Shown one piece after another: positions 29,184-38,311 of a DNA stretch of 55,658 nucleotides; position 1 is the stretch's first letter, and each line of letters begins with the position of its first letter. The stretch lies in NCBI GenBank assembly GCA_964520085.1, contig CAZFOP010000001.1, positions 3,015-58,672 on the forward strand, written 5' to 3'. The stretch comes from an uncultured Solibacteraceae bacterium. Lineage in GTDB: Bacteria > Acidobacteriota > Terriglobia > Bryobacterales > Bryobacteraceae. The notes under the pieces were generated by a model. The model was given only the letters and a program-made list of their open reading frames with translations. It did no database searches and had not been told where the DNA came from. The position numbers and the translations under genes are program-made.

Positions 29184-29367
29184 TTGGCGAAATATGGTGG
29201 GGAAGTCCGGCTATGACCCAGGTGGGCCGAGAGCTGTCTCCCATTTTCATGCCGTCAGTCTGCGTGGTTTCTGCCGCTGAATCCGGCTCCTTCCGCGTCA
29301 GCGTCGGGATCGAAGCCAGAAGTTAGGCCGCGGCGTTTCGTAGATGAAGAGAGTTGGTGGGTAGTTG

Positions 29368-30369
29368 TTATGCCGTTGCAGCCTTATTCGATCGCACGCC
29401 GGACAGCCACAGCAAACAGGCGGCACTCAACTTCATCTTGAGAATCGCGTTTGCTCGAGAGGATTTCTTAACCATGAACAGGGCGCTGTAACCCAGCAAT
29501 CGAACGACTTCGTTCAGCAACACCGTCAAAAGATAAAACCCGACAGCTACAGGACTGTGATATTTCCGCCAGAATTGGATGTTGGCACGCTGGCGCTCGA
29601 TGTAGAAGTAGACCGGCGCCTTCGCGGTCGTCCCGCCACCGAAGTGGATGGCTTCGGCCGTTGAGCAGTACACGTTTCGATAGCCGGCGCGATGGAAACG
29701 ATAGGACCAGTCCAGGTCGTCACCGTACATGAACAGATGATCGTCCAAGCCGCCGACGTGGTTCAGCGCATCCCGCTTGACGGCCCAGAACCACCCATTT
29801 AAGATATCGACGTCTGTGGTCCGATCATGTTTGAAATCGGCCATCAAGAAGCCGCCAAAGAGTTTGGAGCGCTTGAAGAGCGAATCCAGCGCAAGGGCTC
29901 GGCAGAACGAGTTCCAAGGCGTCGGAAACCGCATAGTCGACCGCCGGACCGTCTTGTCTGGTCCTAACATTCGAGGCCCCAGAAGGCCGACGGACGGCTC
30001 ACTTTCCAGCGCGTCGATGATTTGTTTTAGGCAGCCGGGGAGGACGATCACGTCAGGGTTAATCAGAAAGAGATACTTACCCTTGGCGTGCCCGATGCCA
30101 ACGTTATTGGCTCGAGCGAAGCCCAAGTTGATCTCGCTCTGGATCAGCTTAACCGCTGGGAAGTCATGGCGGATGAGTTCGGCAGTGGAGTCCGACGATG
30201 CATTGTCCACCACGATGGTCTCCATCGAGAGGCCGCCTGTCTCCTGCTCCTGGATGGACTTCAAGCATTCTGGCATGTACTTTCGGGCATTCCACGTGAC
30301 AACGACGATGGACAGACCTACGTCCCCACCTTGTTCTTGCGATTGAGTGTTTGGGTGCTCTTTTGTCAT
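29368..30369 (-). CDS. Glycosyltransferase family 2 (rhamnosyltransferase-like)
   Basis: LSIVVVTWNARKYMPECLKSI...IVVDNASSDSTAELI...NLGFARANNVGI...LFLINPDVIV. Confidence 0.85.
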   Translation of the reverse strand: MTKEHPNTQSQEQGGDVGLSIVVVTWNARKYMPECLKSIQEQETGGLSMETIVVDNASSDSTAELIRHDFPAVKLIQSEINLGFARANNVGIGHAKGKYLFLINPDVIVLPGCLKQIIDALESEPSVGLLGPRMLGPDKTVRRSTMRFPTPWNSFCRALALDSLFKRSKLFGGFLMADFKHDRTTDVDILNGWFWAVKRDALNHVGGLDDHLFMYGDDLDWSYRFHRAGYRNVYCSTAEAIHFGGGTTAKAPVYFYIERQRANIQFWRKYHSPVAVGFYLLTVLLNEVVRLLGYSALFMVKKSSRANAILKMKLSAACLLWLSGVRSNKAATA

Positions 30370-30451
30370 TCAGTTCGGCCCATCTGCCCGCCGCTTCTTA
30401 ATGGTGTTGGGCGATCGCTACGCGGTCGTCGTGCCATGAATGGGTAGTTTG

Positions 30452-31360
30452 TCAGACTGTCCTGCTTCGCCACCCAGTTGGCAACAGACGCGCCAGTTGT
30501 TCCTTGCGAAGGAATGTCATGAACTCCTTGGAGACCCACCGCTTATCGCCCCGGCAATACGCAGAAGCAAAGCCCATCAGTTCCGCGAGGGTTCCAAGGA
30601 TGTACGGCTTGGATCGCAGACGCCGTGCGGCCTTGCATAATTCGAATAGCGGATGGGTGCCCAGCGAGAAATCGGCGAGGCCTTGCCGGTAGTAATACCA
30701 CGTCATGCTTCCCGCAGCGCCATTTGGGCGATGATGGTAGGCCTTGAGCCCAGGGATGGATCGGACTTTCCAACCCAGCATTCGTAGACTTACTTCCGCG
30801 TGCCAGTCGGGCGAACCATGTGGCAAGGGAGTGTAGCCGCCTAACTCATCAAAGCACTCCCGGCGAAACATCTGGACGCCATGCATCACCGAGTGTGCAC
30901 GGTTGAGTCGCCTTTCCCTGAAGATGCCATCTTTCTCTTCGTGGATGGTCCCGCCAGCCAGCCCGAGACGTGGGTCCTTTTGGAATTCGATGAATAATCG
31001 TTCAAAGTAATCAGGATCGAAAGTTATATCGGCGTCGAGATTGCCGACATAATCAAACTTCAGATGCCGCAACTGCTCATACCCAGCATTGATCGCGTCC
31101 ACCTGAGCCGCGAAGCTGCGCTTATGGGTCTTGGGCATGCGATATAGTTGAATGAACTTGTATTGGTCGGAATACGACCGCACGATGTCGTCGGTACGGT
31201 CGGTGGAGCCGTCGCTAACGATGACCCACCGAACCGGAGGAAGCGTCTGCGCAGACACGGCGGCCAGCAACCCGCCGATCAGCGCCTCTTCGTTCCACGC
31301 AGGAGTCACCGCAGCGTATGCCACGGCGTCCTTGGTGCCCGCCATCGGTTCTTGATCCAT
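30452..31360 (-). CDS. Glycosyltransferase family 2
   Basis: YAAVTPAWNEEALIGGLLAAVSAQT...VIVSDGSTDRTDDIV...GNLDADITF. Confidence 0.85.
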   Translation of the reverse strand: MDQEPMAGTKDAVAYAAVTPAWNEEALIGGLLAAVSAQTLPPVRWVIVSDGSTDRTDDIVRSYSDQYKFIQLYRMPKTHKRSFAAQVDAINAGYEQLRHLKFDYVGNLDADITFDPDYFERLFIEFQKDPRLGLAGGTIHEEKDGIFRERRLNRAHSVMHGVQMFRRECFDELGGYTPLPHGSPDWHAEVSLRMLGWKVRSIPGLKAYHHRPNGAAGSMTWYYYRQGLADFSLGTHPLFELCKAARRLRSKPYILGTLAELMGFASAYCRGDKRWVSKEFMTFLRKEQLARLLPTGWRSRTV

Positions 31361-31420
31361 TGTTACTCCTCAGACTTCTAAAAGACGGCTAAAACTGGCG
31401 ACAAGAGTCACCAGGCAACT

Positions 31421-33298
31421 TCAACGGCCGACCGCGGCATCATCGAGGGTCTCGATGGCGACGATTCCTTCGTCAGGGGCCTCCTTGCCGTTCGGAAATA
31501 CCCAATGGGAGACACCATCGGTGGCGGCCGTCTCCTGCATGCCCAGGTCGCCAAAGACGCGGCCAGACGGCGCATTGCGCGCAGTCCTTCGATAGTTGGC
31601 CATGAATCCAGTCGCTGCGTTCCTGCGGTACTTGCGGATCACGTAGGCCAGGAACGCGTGTTCCACTCGCTTGGACTGAATGCGGCAGCTAAACATCAGA
31701 TCCGTCAATCGCGGCTCACGGCTATCCACGATCGAGAAACCGATCACGCCGTAGCTGCCGAAGCGATCTTCGCAAGTCATTACGTACGTGTCCAGGTGGG
31801 ATGCGTCCATGACGGCCTTCAACACGTCGCGGTCATAGCGGTTGCCGGAGAAATTCATCTGGTTTGTGCGCTGCGTAAGTTCGTAGACGCGCTCAATGTT
31901 TTCGGCTCCGAGGCGCGTAATCCTCAACTTAATGTCGCAACTGCGCAAGAATGCCAGATAATCGTCTCCGAATCTGGTAGCCGACGCCTGACGGTCTCTT
32001 TCAACCTGATACATCTGGCGCCGCGAGGCGCTCTCGGCGGTAACTGGAACGCGGAACTCATCCATCTCAGGTAGCCGGAGATAATCCCGAGCATTTAAGA
32101 CTTTGACGCCGTGACAGGCGGCCCGAACCTCTTGCAATTCGAACTCCGAATCATCGATGAACAGCAGGCTATCAATGCCGATGTTGAGTGACTTGGCGAC
32201 GGCTTTAATCGCTTCGCTCTTGGGCCCCCACGAGATTTGCGGATAGAGAAAGTAGGTGTCGAGCTGGAAGCGACGCAGGGCGGCGACGGCTTCTTCCAAA
32301 TTGTTCTTGCTAGCAACGGATTGCAAAATGCCGCGCTGGTCCAGCTCCCGAATAACTTCAGCCACGCCCGGCCTTAGCCGCAGCTTGTCGAGACCATCTT
32401 CCACCAGGACGCCATTCCACAACGTGTTGTCCAGGTCCCATACAACGCACTTGAGCGTTCTCGGCTCTTTCGCGGTCGGCAGCACATCTTCCTTGACGAA
32501 GTCCATGGCACCGAAATAGAGCGTGATCCCATCATCCACGTCATTCGGGGTGATATCGATCGAGAACGGGGAACGCAAGGTCACGAACGGAGCGATCTCC
32601 GCAAAGGGAATGCGCGACCGATGTAAGCCCGACGGCACATCGATTAGTTTCTGGAACGGGATAGTCGATTCCGTGAGCTCCCGAGACCGCCGGAATCCGG
32701 GCGCAAGCTGGACGAGACTGGAGAGAGGTCCCGACAGCGCGCTGTGTAACGACCGGATAGTGAGCGAAAGCCGCACTGTCACCGGCTGAGGGTTGTAGCA
32801 CTCCAGCAGAAAGCTCGAAGGCTCGGGGCCATCCGGCGCACCTTGGTTCGCCAGCCTCTTCTTCACAGCGTAGCGCTTTAGCGAGACGGTCCGCTTTATT
32901 CCGGCCGGCAGCGGCAGGTGGTGAAGCGTGTCACTGATCCAGTGGTCCCGCCGTTCCATCCGTTCGGCTCGAAGTGTCGAGTACAGCTTGAAATTCCCCC
33001 GCGCCCAGAGTTTGCCCCAGCGCTTGAAGCTGATCTTCAGCAAATAGCCGTTGAGCGCTTCGACACAATCGAGCCTCACCATCCCATCGACAAACCGGCG
33101 GCACTTCAGGTCCTCACGGGCCTCATACAGATCGCAGGTCGAGTAGCACGTTGGCCAGCCACACTCGGTGCAGTGCTCTCCCCATGAGATGAGGGTGCGG
33201 GCAGCCAGTTTTCCCTTCAATTGTCCAAACGCAGAAATTACTTCTGGCGGAATCTGGGCGCTGGATTCGGTTTTGAAATTAGCTTCAGTCTCGTACAT
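31421..33298 (-). CDS. FkbH-like HAD-IIIC phosphatase/transferase with Cys-rich N-terminal domain and GNAT-like C-terminal domain
   Basis: HAD motifs: KCVVWDLDNTLWNG (DxDxT), SVASKNN, LFIDDSEFE. The FkbH-type C-terminal part is TQRTNQMNFSGNRY...FGSYGVIGFSIV...MFSCRIQSKRVE. The N-terminal ~270 aa are unassigned and carry the cluster HCTECGWPTCYSTCDLYEAREDLKC. Confidence 0.8.
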   Translation of the reverse strand: MYETEANFKTESSAQIPPEVISAFGQLKGKLAARTLISWGEHCTECGWPTCYSTCDLYEAREDLKCRRFVDGMVRLDCVEALNGYLLKISFKRWGKLWARGNFKLYSTLRAERMERRDHWISDTLHHLPLPAGIKRTVSLKRYAVKKRLANQGAPDGPEPSSFLLECYNPQPVTVRLSLTIRSLHSALSGPLSSLVQLAPGFRRSRELTESTIPFQKLIDVPSGLHRSRIPFAEIAPFVTLRSPFSIDITPNDVDDGITLYFGAMDFVKEDVLPTAKEPRTLKCVVWDLDNTLWNGVLVEDGLDKLRLRPGVAEVIRELDQRGILQSVASKNNLEEAVAALRRFQLDTYFLYPQISWGPKSEAIKAVAKSLNIGIDSLLFIDDSEFELQEVRAACHGVKVLNARDYLRLPEMDEFRVPVTAESASRRQMYQVERDRQASATRFGDDYLAFLRSCDIKLRITRLGAENIERVYELTQRTNQMNFSGNRYDRDVLKAVMDASHLDTYVMTCEDRFGSYGVIGFSIVDSREPRLTDLMFSCRIQSKRVEHAFLAYVIRKYRRNAATGFMANYRRTARNAPSGRVFGDLGMQETAATDGVSHWVFPNGKEAPDEGIVAIETLDDAAVGR

Positions 33299-33557
33299 AC
33301 ACGAGTGGTAACCTTGAGGGCGCTATTCGGCCACGCAGCGTCCAGTGGCAAGCCGCCTATGACAGTTCGAGCAGCGACGGTGTCGCTTCCGCGAGCATCT
33401 CATCACAACCTTTGGGAATGCCGGCCAGCTCGTTGCCGACACATCCGGCACGCTCGGAAGGGCGGCCGACAGATTCCTTGCACGTCCCATGCTTGTTGAG
33501 GTCATCCAGTCGCAACAGGGTCAGTCCGCGCGTACCTGGGGCAGTGCGGCTGTTTTC

Positions 33558-34400
33558 TTAGACACCAGTCTGGACATTGACGCTTAGCGCAAGGCGACTC
33601 GGGATCTTCTGCGCGTAACCGATCGGACTGCTGAATCCGCCGCGAGTTGGCAGTAGCCCAAGGCCGTTGCCCGCGCCGACCAGCCCCGGAGCCTCACACC
33701 TGAAGCGATCTTTCCACCACGCCTCATCGAAGAACAGCGAAGCGATTTCGGCTTGTTCAGCCTCGTGGGTGAAGAAGCTGCACCCATCCGCGAGCCGTGG
33801 CCACAGATGTTCTACGACTGTCTGTACGGAGCTCCGCAGATCGGCGTCCACGAAAACGAACACGCAAGGACGAGTGAAGCCGGGTACTGTAGCGTCGAAG
33901 TATCCCGGATGAAATCTGCAGACCTGGAGACTTCCGAAGTGGCGCACATTCTCCTGCACTTCATCCAGGCTGCCGCAAAAGGAACCTTCGGCATACGTCG
34001 CTAGCTCGGGGAAGTTCAAGCGCCGGTGCGTTGTGTCGATCTCCGACGGCGCCGGCAAGCCTTGGAACGAATCGAAGACCTCCAACTCGCGGTTGCATAG
34101 CGCGGCCACTAGCGATAGGCTGGCCGTGCTTCTGCCTTTGTAGCAGCCGCATTCGACCACGCAACCGTCCAGAGACTTGGGGATCCTGAATATGTGGGTC
34201 GCCATCATCAGGTGTTCGACATACGACGAGGCGCCCGTAATCTTGCGTTCGTTCCGCCTCATGGCGACGATCAGCCTGAGCTTCGTAAACAGGCCGACGC
34301 CATACTCTCTTCCGGTATCCCCGCGGAAGTAGTCGGCGAGAGTTAGCGGCAGACTCAGCAACAGGAGCAAGTCTTTGTATAGTCTATAAACCAGTGGCAT
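33558..34400 (-). CDS. TylF/MycF-like SAM-dependent O-methyltransferase
   Basis: GCVVECGCYKGRSTASL (SAM loop) and VFVFVDADLRSS (metal/Asp motif), typical of macrocin-O-methyltransferase-like sugar MTases. Confidence 0.75.
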   Translation of the reverse strand: MPLVYRLYKDLLLLLSLPLTLADYFRGDTGREYGVGLFTKLRLIVAMRRNERKITGASSYVEHLMMATHIFRIPKSLDGCVVECGCYKGRSTASLSLVAALCNRELEVFDSFQGLPAPSEIDTTHRRLNFPELATYAEGSFCGSLDEVQENVRHFGSLQVCRFHPGYFDATVPGFTRPCVFVFVDADLRSSVQTVVEHLWPRLADGCSFFTHEAEQAEIASLFFDEAWWKDRFRCEAPGLVGAGNGLGLLPTRGGFSSPIGYAQKIPSRLALSVNVQTGV

Positions 34401-34420
34401 AGCGCTCTCAAGGATGGTAG

Positions 34421-35848
34421 TTATACATGTGCGGCGTCATCTACAAGGGTTGTTGGTTGCCCATCCGCCTGAGCGGGCTGGGGTAAAGCAGCCGGATCCG
34501 GCTGCCAGTAGTCCAGGTCGGCCTGGATCGGCGCAGCGCTCTGTCGCTCGTTCTGCGCGCTGTGGAGGCGCATGGTCGCTACCGGGATGATGGCCAAAAA
34601 GGCAAACCACCAGAAGCGGGTCTGGTCCCAATAGGCTGTACCCCAAAACGCTACTACGTGCGATAGCATCACGGCGCAGAGAGACCAGAGGAACCACTCC
34701 TGGTTGCGATCCTGACCGCGCAGCGCCAGTCGACGTGCTGTGCCCAGCGCTCCGAAGCCACGGCGAAGGATCACAATGAACCAGAACAATGCCACGAGAC
34801 CGCCGGATACACCCTCAGCCACTAGCTGGTTCGAGGTGTCTACCGTCTCCGATCCCCAGCTCGCGTCATTCTTCGTTCCAATCAACCACCAATCGGGCCA
34901 GTGTTTGACGAACGTGTCCACTAACTGAGCGCGGTGCCATCCAGATGAAGCGCTGACTATGTCAACGTGGGCAATCACGTACCACACGGGAGCCTTCATC
35001 ACCAAGGACAGAACCACGAGGGTGAGAACGATGCCCCACCGCACGCCGCGCATATAGTGTCGGATCGGCCACAGGCAGAGGCCGCCCACGCTGGCGATCA
35101 TGGCGAGCACGGGAGTGCTGGATGCGGAGGCAAGCACCATTGCGGTGGAACCTGCAAATCCAGCCAGCGCCACGCCCCGCGCCTTGCCGCTCTTCCACAG
35201 CCAAAAGAATAGCGGAATGACGGTCGCCCCGAAAACGCCGGCGAGGACCGGATGGCCGAAGGCGCCTTGGGCGCGGATCTGCCCGTCACGAAACTGCGGG
35301 ACCACGCTGAAGCTTCCGGCGTAGCCGAAGACGTTCACGCCGCGCAGTCTCTCATTCAACATGCCAGCACCCATGATCAGTGTTACAACGACGAGTAACT
35401 TGGCCGCCCGCGCGACATCGTCCTCATCCTGAATGAGATAACGCAACACAAAGTACCCACCGAGCGCATCCAGAAGAAAAGCCATCTGGTTCACTACTGC
35501 GCCACCTTCCCGATACAGGAGCATGAAAGCTACTGCACGTGACACCGCCCACAAACAGAAGGCTTTGTCAAGCGTGTTAGAACTTCCTGCGACCCGCATT
35601 TCCTTCTTAGCCGCGGCGACACGCACGCAACCAGTCAGTATGACTGTTCGCAGTACGAACCAATGTACGCCGCCCAAGTACAGTTGTTGCCCAAATGGCG
35701 TTACCAAGGCGATCAGAAAGAGCGGAACCATCGCCTGCTTCCGCGGCAACACCAACACCAGTATTATGGCGAGCAGCATCGCCGCCAGCACCGCGGGGTG
35801 CATGACAGTCGCCGCCGCTCCACCACCGAAATAGAAGCTATTGCCCAA
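34421..35848 (-). CDS. O-antigen polymerase/ligase-like (Wzy_C type) polytopic membrane protein
   Basis: 475 aa with about 10-12 TM helices and one large loop, no soluble domain, in an EPS operon that also has Wzx and Wzz. The TTG start at 35848 overlaps the upstream stop by 11 nt. An alternative ATG lies at 35803. Confidence 0.7.
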   Translation of the reverse strand: MGNSFYFGGGAAATVMHPAVLAAMLLAIILVLVLPRKQAMVPLFLIALVTPFGQQLYLGGVHWFVLRTVILTGCVRVAAAKKEMRVAGSSNTLDKAFCLWAVSRAVAFMLLYREGGAVVNQMAFLLDALGGYFVLRYLIQDEDDVARAAKLLVVVTLIMGAGMLNERLRGVNVFGYAGSFSVVPQFRDGQIRAQGAFGHPVLAGVFGATVIPLFFWLWKSGKARGVALAGFAGSTAMVLASASSTPVLAMIASVGGLCLWPIRHYMRGVRWGIVLTLVVLSLVMKAPVWYVIAHVDIVSASSGWHRAQLVDTFVKHWPDWWLIGTKNDASWGSETVDTSNQLVAEGVSGGLVALFWFIVILRRGFGALGTARRLALRGQDRNQEWFLWSLCAVMLSHVVAFWGTAYWDQTRFWWFAFLAIIPVATMRLHSAQNERQSAAPIQADLDYWQPDPAALPQPAQADGQPTTLVDDAAHV

Positions 35849-37028
35849 TGACTAAGTCCGCCGATCGCCTTCGGTCCGTCACACTTTCAAAGACCATCTG
35901 CGCTCCGCGCCCCCAAGCGTTCCAATTCAAACGTTGTTCATACGTCCGGCGGGCGGACACACTCAATGTGCGATAACGTTCGGGATTCCGGCACAAGTTC
36001 ATGATAATTCTCGCATACGCTGGCGCGCCTTCGTGCGGGGCGACTTTGTATCCATTTACCCCGTCTTCAACGACGCTGCCGACGCCGCCCGTATCCCGGA
36101 CGATGGCTGGCAAACCGTAAGCGCACGCTTCGCAGATCACGATCGGCGCGGCGTCGGCTTGCGTAGGTAGGATCAAGACGGTTGAGCTGTGCAAGAGTTC
36201 GGCGAGCCTTGCTGCCTGGGCTGGGTCCCGCTTGCTAAGAAATGGAATGACAGTCATTTTGGGGTGGGAGATCCCGCTGGGTGGTACGCAGCCACAGATT
36301 GTGAGCTCTGCGTCGACGCCGGCATCCAACAGACACTGGAGCGTCTCAAACGCGACCATGCCGCCCTTCCGCTTCCAGTCCACCCCCAGGAATAGGAGTC
36401 GGCAGACATCGAGACTCCGGCGGCGCGTGGCGTCCTCAAATGTCGGCTCTTTCGCTAGGTTGGCCCCGAACGACAAGACATGAACTCTGTCTTTCGGCAG
36501 CCCGTACGTCTCCATCGCGCGCTTCCCCACCCAGTCCGACGGGCAAATGAAAGCAGACGCCTTGTACATGGCCAGAGCTTCAATTCGGCCTACTTCGGCG
36601 GAGGAAAAGGCGAGGAGGCGCGAACACTGCGGGTAGTAGTCCTGATAGTCGGGGAATAAGATATCAGATAAATAGACGATCGGCAGATTGGTTTTTAGGA
36701 GGCTGATCTCGGTGGATGCCACCGGAGCAAAAATTATATCGAACTCGCCCGCAGCCAGCTTTCGTTCATAGCGAAATGCATATTCCCGCGCCGTCAGCAA
36801 GCTGTGCCGATGGTCGTAACTCTTGCGGAGGATGGCTCTCGCGAGCACGTCTCCGCCCCGCAGCGCCATTCGTGCTGCCGATCGGACTGGGCCGAGGGAG
36901 GTCACGCTCATTCCGGTTCGCGCTAACGCCCGGAACATTGACGTCATAGTGCCCGACCACGAGAGCGGATCGAGCGGATCCCATTTGGTAAGGAAGGCCA
37001 CTCGGAGAGGTGTTGACGGGTTGCGCAT
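35838..37028 (-). CDS. Glycosyltransferase family 4
   Basis: ORF 35838..37127. ATG 37028 clears the upstream stop at 37060. Sequence: LRVAFLTKWDPLDPLSWSG...LLFLGVDWKRKGG...ADAAPIVICEACAYGLPAIVRDTGG (EX7E-type region). Confidence 0.8.
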   Translation of the reverse strand: MRNPSTPLRVAFLTKWDPLDPLSWSGTMTSMFRALARTGMSVTSLGPVRSAARMALRGGDVLARAILRKSYDHRHSLLTAREYAFRYERKLAAGEFDIIFAPVASTEISLLKTNLPIVYLSDILFPDYQDYYPQCSRLLAFSSAEVGRIEALAMYKASAFICPSDWVGKRAMETYGLPKDRVHVLSFGANLAKEPTFEDATRRRSLDVCRLLFLGVDWKRKGGMVAFETLQCLLDAGVDAELTICGCVPPSGISHPKMTVIPFLSKRDPAQAARLAELLHSSTVLILPTQADAAPIVICEACAYGLPAIVRDTGGVGSVVEDGVNGYKVAPHEGAPAYARIIMNLCRNPERYRTLSVSARRTYEQRLNWNAWGRGAQMVFESVTDRRRSADLVIGQ

Positions 37029-37059
37029 TTGGGTCTTAGCTAGTGCCACATGCCCAGGC

Positions 37060-38085
37060 TTACGACAGTTTCTCGGAAAGTGCCGCGCCTGCCGATTCAG
37101 TCTGATAAACTTTCCGTTCCAAATCATTCGCGTTGCCGACGGATTGGAATGCAGACTTGTAATCGTTCACAGGGATCGTCTGCATCCGCGGGTACCAGGG
37201 CGAACGTCGAAGAGCCTTCATCCACGCGCGCCGAGCCCGCAGGTAGGCGTTGCCAAGGAAGGCCTGTGGGGAGGGTGCCGATTCGGTCAGCCGCCATGCT
37301 TTCAGTTCCAGGCGCGCGGCGCGGCTCGCACGCTCCGCGGAGCGGCGAAGATTTGCATTGTCGGACGACGCCGGGATACTCGCTGCCGCGCCTTCCAGTA
37401 TGGAGCACCATGATTCCCTGAACAGGACGCTATCTCGGAGCACATGCGACAAGCTATCGGCGCTCTGCTTCCATTCAACCAGGGGCTGGTCCACAAACGC
37501 CCACGGACCGCGAACGGCAAGCCGGATCGCGAGATCGTAATCCTCAAGTACCTTCAGCCGCTCGTCGAATCCCCCACAGTCGTTGAAGAACTTCTTTTGG
37601 ATTGCCACGCATTGGTTGAACATCAGAAACCTGGTGATGAGAACCTCGGCGGGATTCACCCAGACACCCTCGGCCCGTTGGGGAATCATGCCAGCGGCGT
37701 CGAAAGAAGTGCCGGTTCGTCCGCCTTTGAAATGCAGCGTCATGTTCGAAATGCAGCAGCAGATCGAGGGTCCGGCCGCTTCCATGACCGCCATTTGCGT
37801 CTCGATCTTCGACGGCAGCCAAGTGTCGTCAGAATCCAGAAACGATACGATATCCCCACGGGAAGCCCGAACTCCTGCGTTCCGAGCCGCAGCGGGTCCG
37901 GAGTTCCTTTGCCGGACTACCCGGATGGCATTGCCAAAAGAACCCAATCTGATGGCTGTATCGTCCGTGGATCCGTCATCCACCACGATAATCTCAATCG
38001 GACCGTAGCTTTGTGCCTGGACGCTCTCAATGGCACGGCCGACTACTTGGGCCCGGTTGTAGGTAGGTATGATTGCGCTGACCAA
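37060..38085 (-). CDS. Glycosyltransferase family 2
   Basis: MVSAIIPTYNRAQVVGRAIESVQAQSYGPIEIIVVDDGSTDDT...IVSFLDSDD. Confidence 0.85.
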   Translation of the reverse strand: MVSAIIPTYNRAQVVGRAIESVQAQSYGPIEIIVVDDGSTDDTAIRLGSFGNAIRVVRQRNSGPAAARNAGVRASRGDIVSFLDSDDTWLPSKIETQMAVMEAAGPSICCCISNMTLHFKGGRTGTSFDAAGMIPQRAEGVWVNPAEVLITRFLMFNQCVAIQKKFFNDCGGFDERLKVLEDYDLAIRLAVRGPWAFVDQPLVEWKQSADSLSHVLRDSVLFRESWCSILEGAAASIPASSDNANLRRSAERASRAARLELKAWRLTESAPSPQAFLGNAYLRARRAWMKALRRSPWYPRMQTIPVNDYKSAFQSVGNANDLERKVYQTESAGAALSEKLS

Positions 38086-38311
38086 AGGGATTCCTGCAGG
38101 ATTAGGACTTAGCCGGGAGATACCGGTTGGCGTGGGGTGAACGTGGCACCGCGAGCTGGCATAAGACCAGCCCGATGAATCGGGGTGCCCGTGAGGCTCT
38201 TAGTTTCGCCAGTTCAAATGGACTCGGTGCCGGATGGAACTATGATCGGCGCATGTTCCCTCGACCCACACAACAGCAGACGAACCGGAGAGTCAGTGGA
38301 AGCGCTGGGCA

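Noticed and set aside
32500-32800. Possible PilZ-like c-di-GMP motif (RRSRE ... DVPSG) in the N-terminal region of the FkbH-like protein
   Set aside because: The spacing and residues do not fit RxxxR ... (D/N)xSxxG; the sequence has RxxR and DxxSG. This looks like a chance resemblance.
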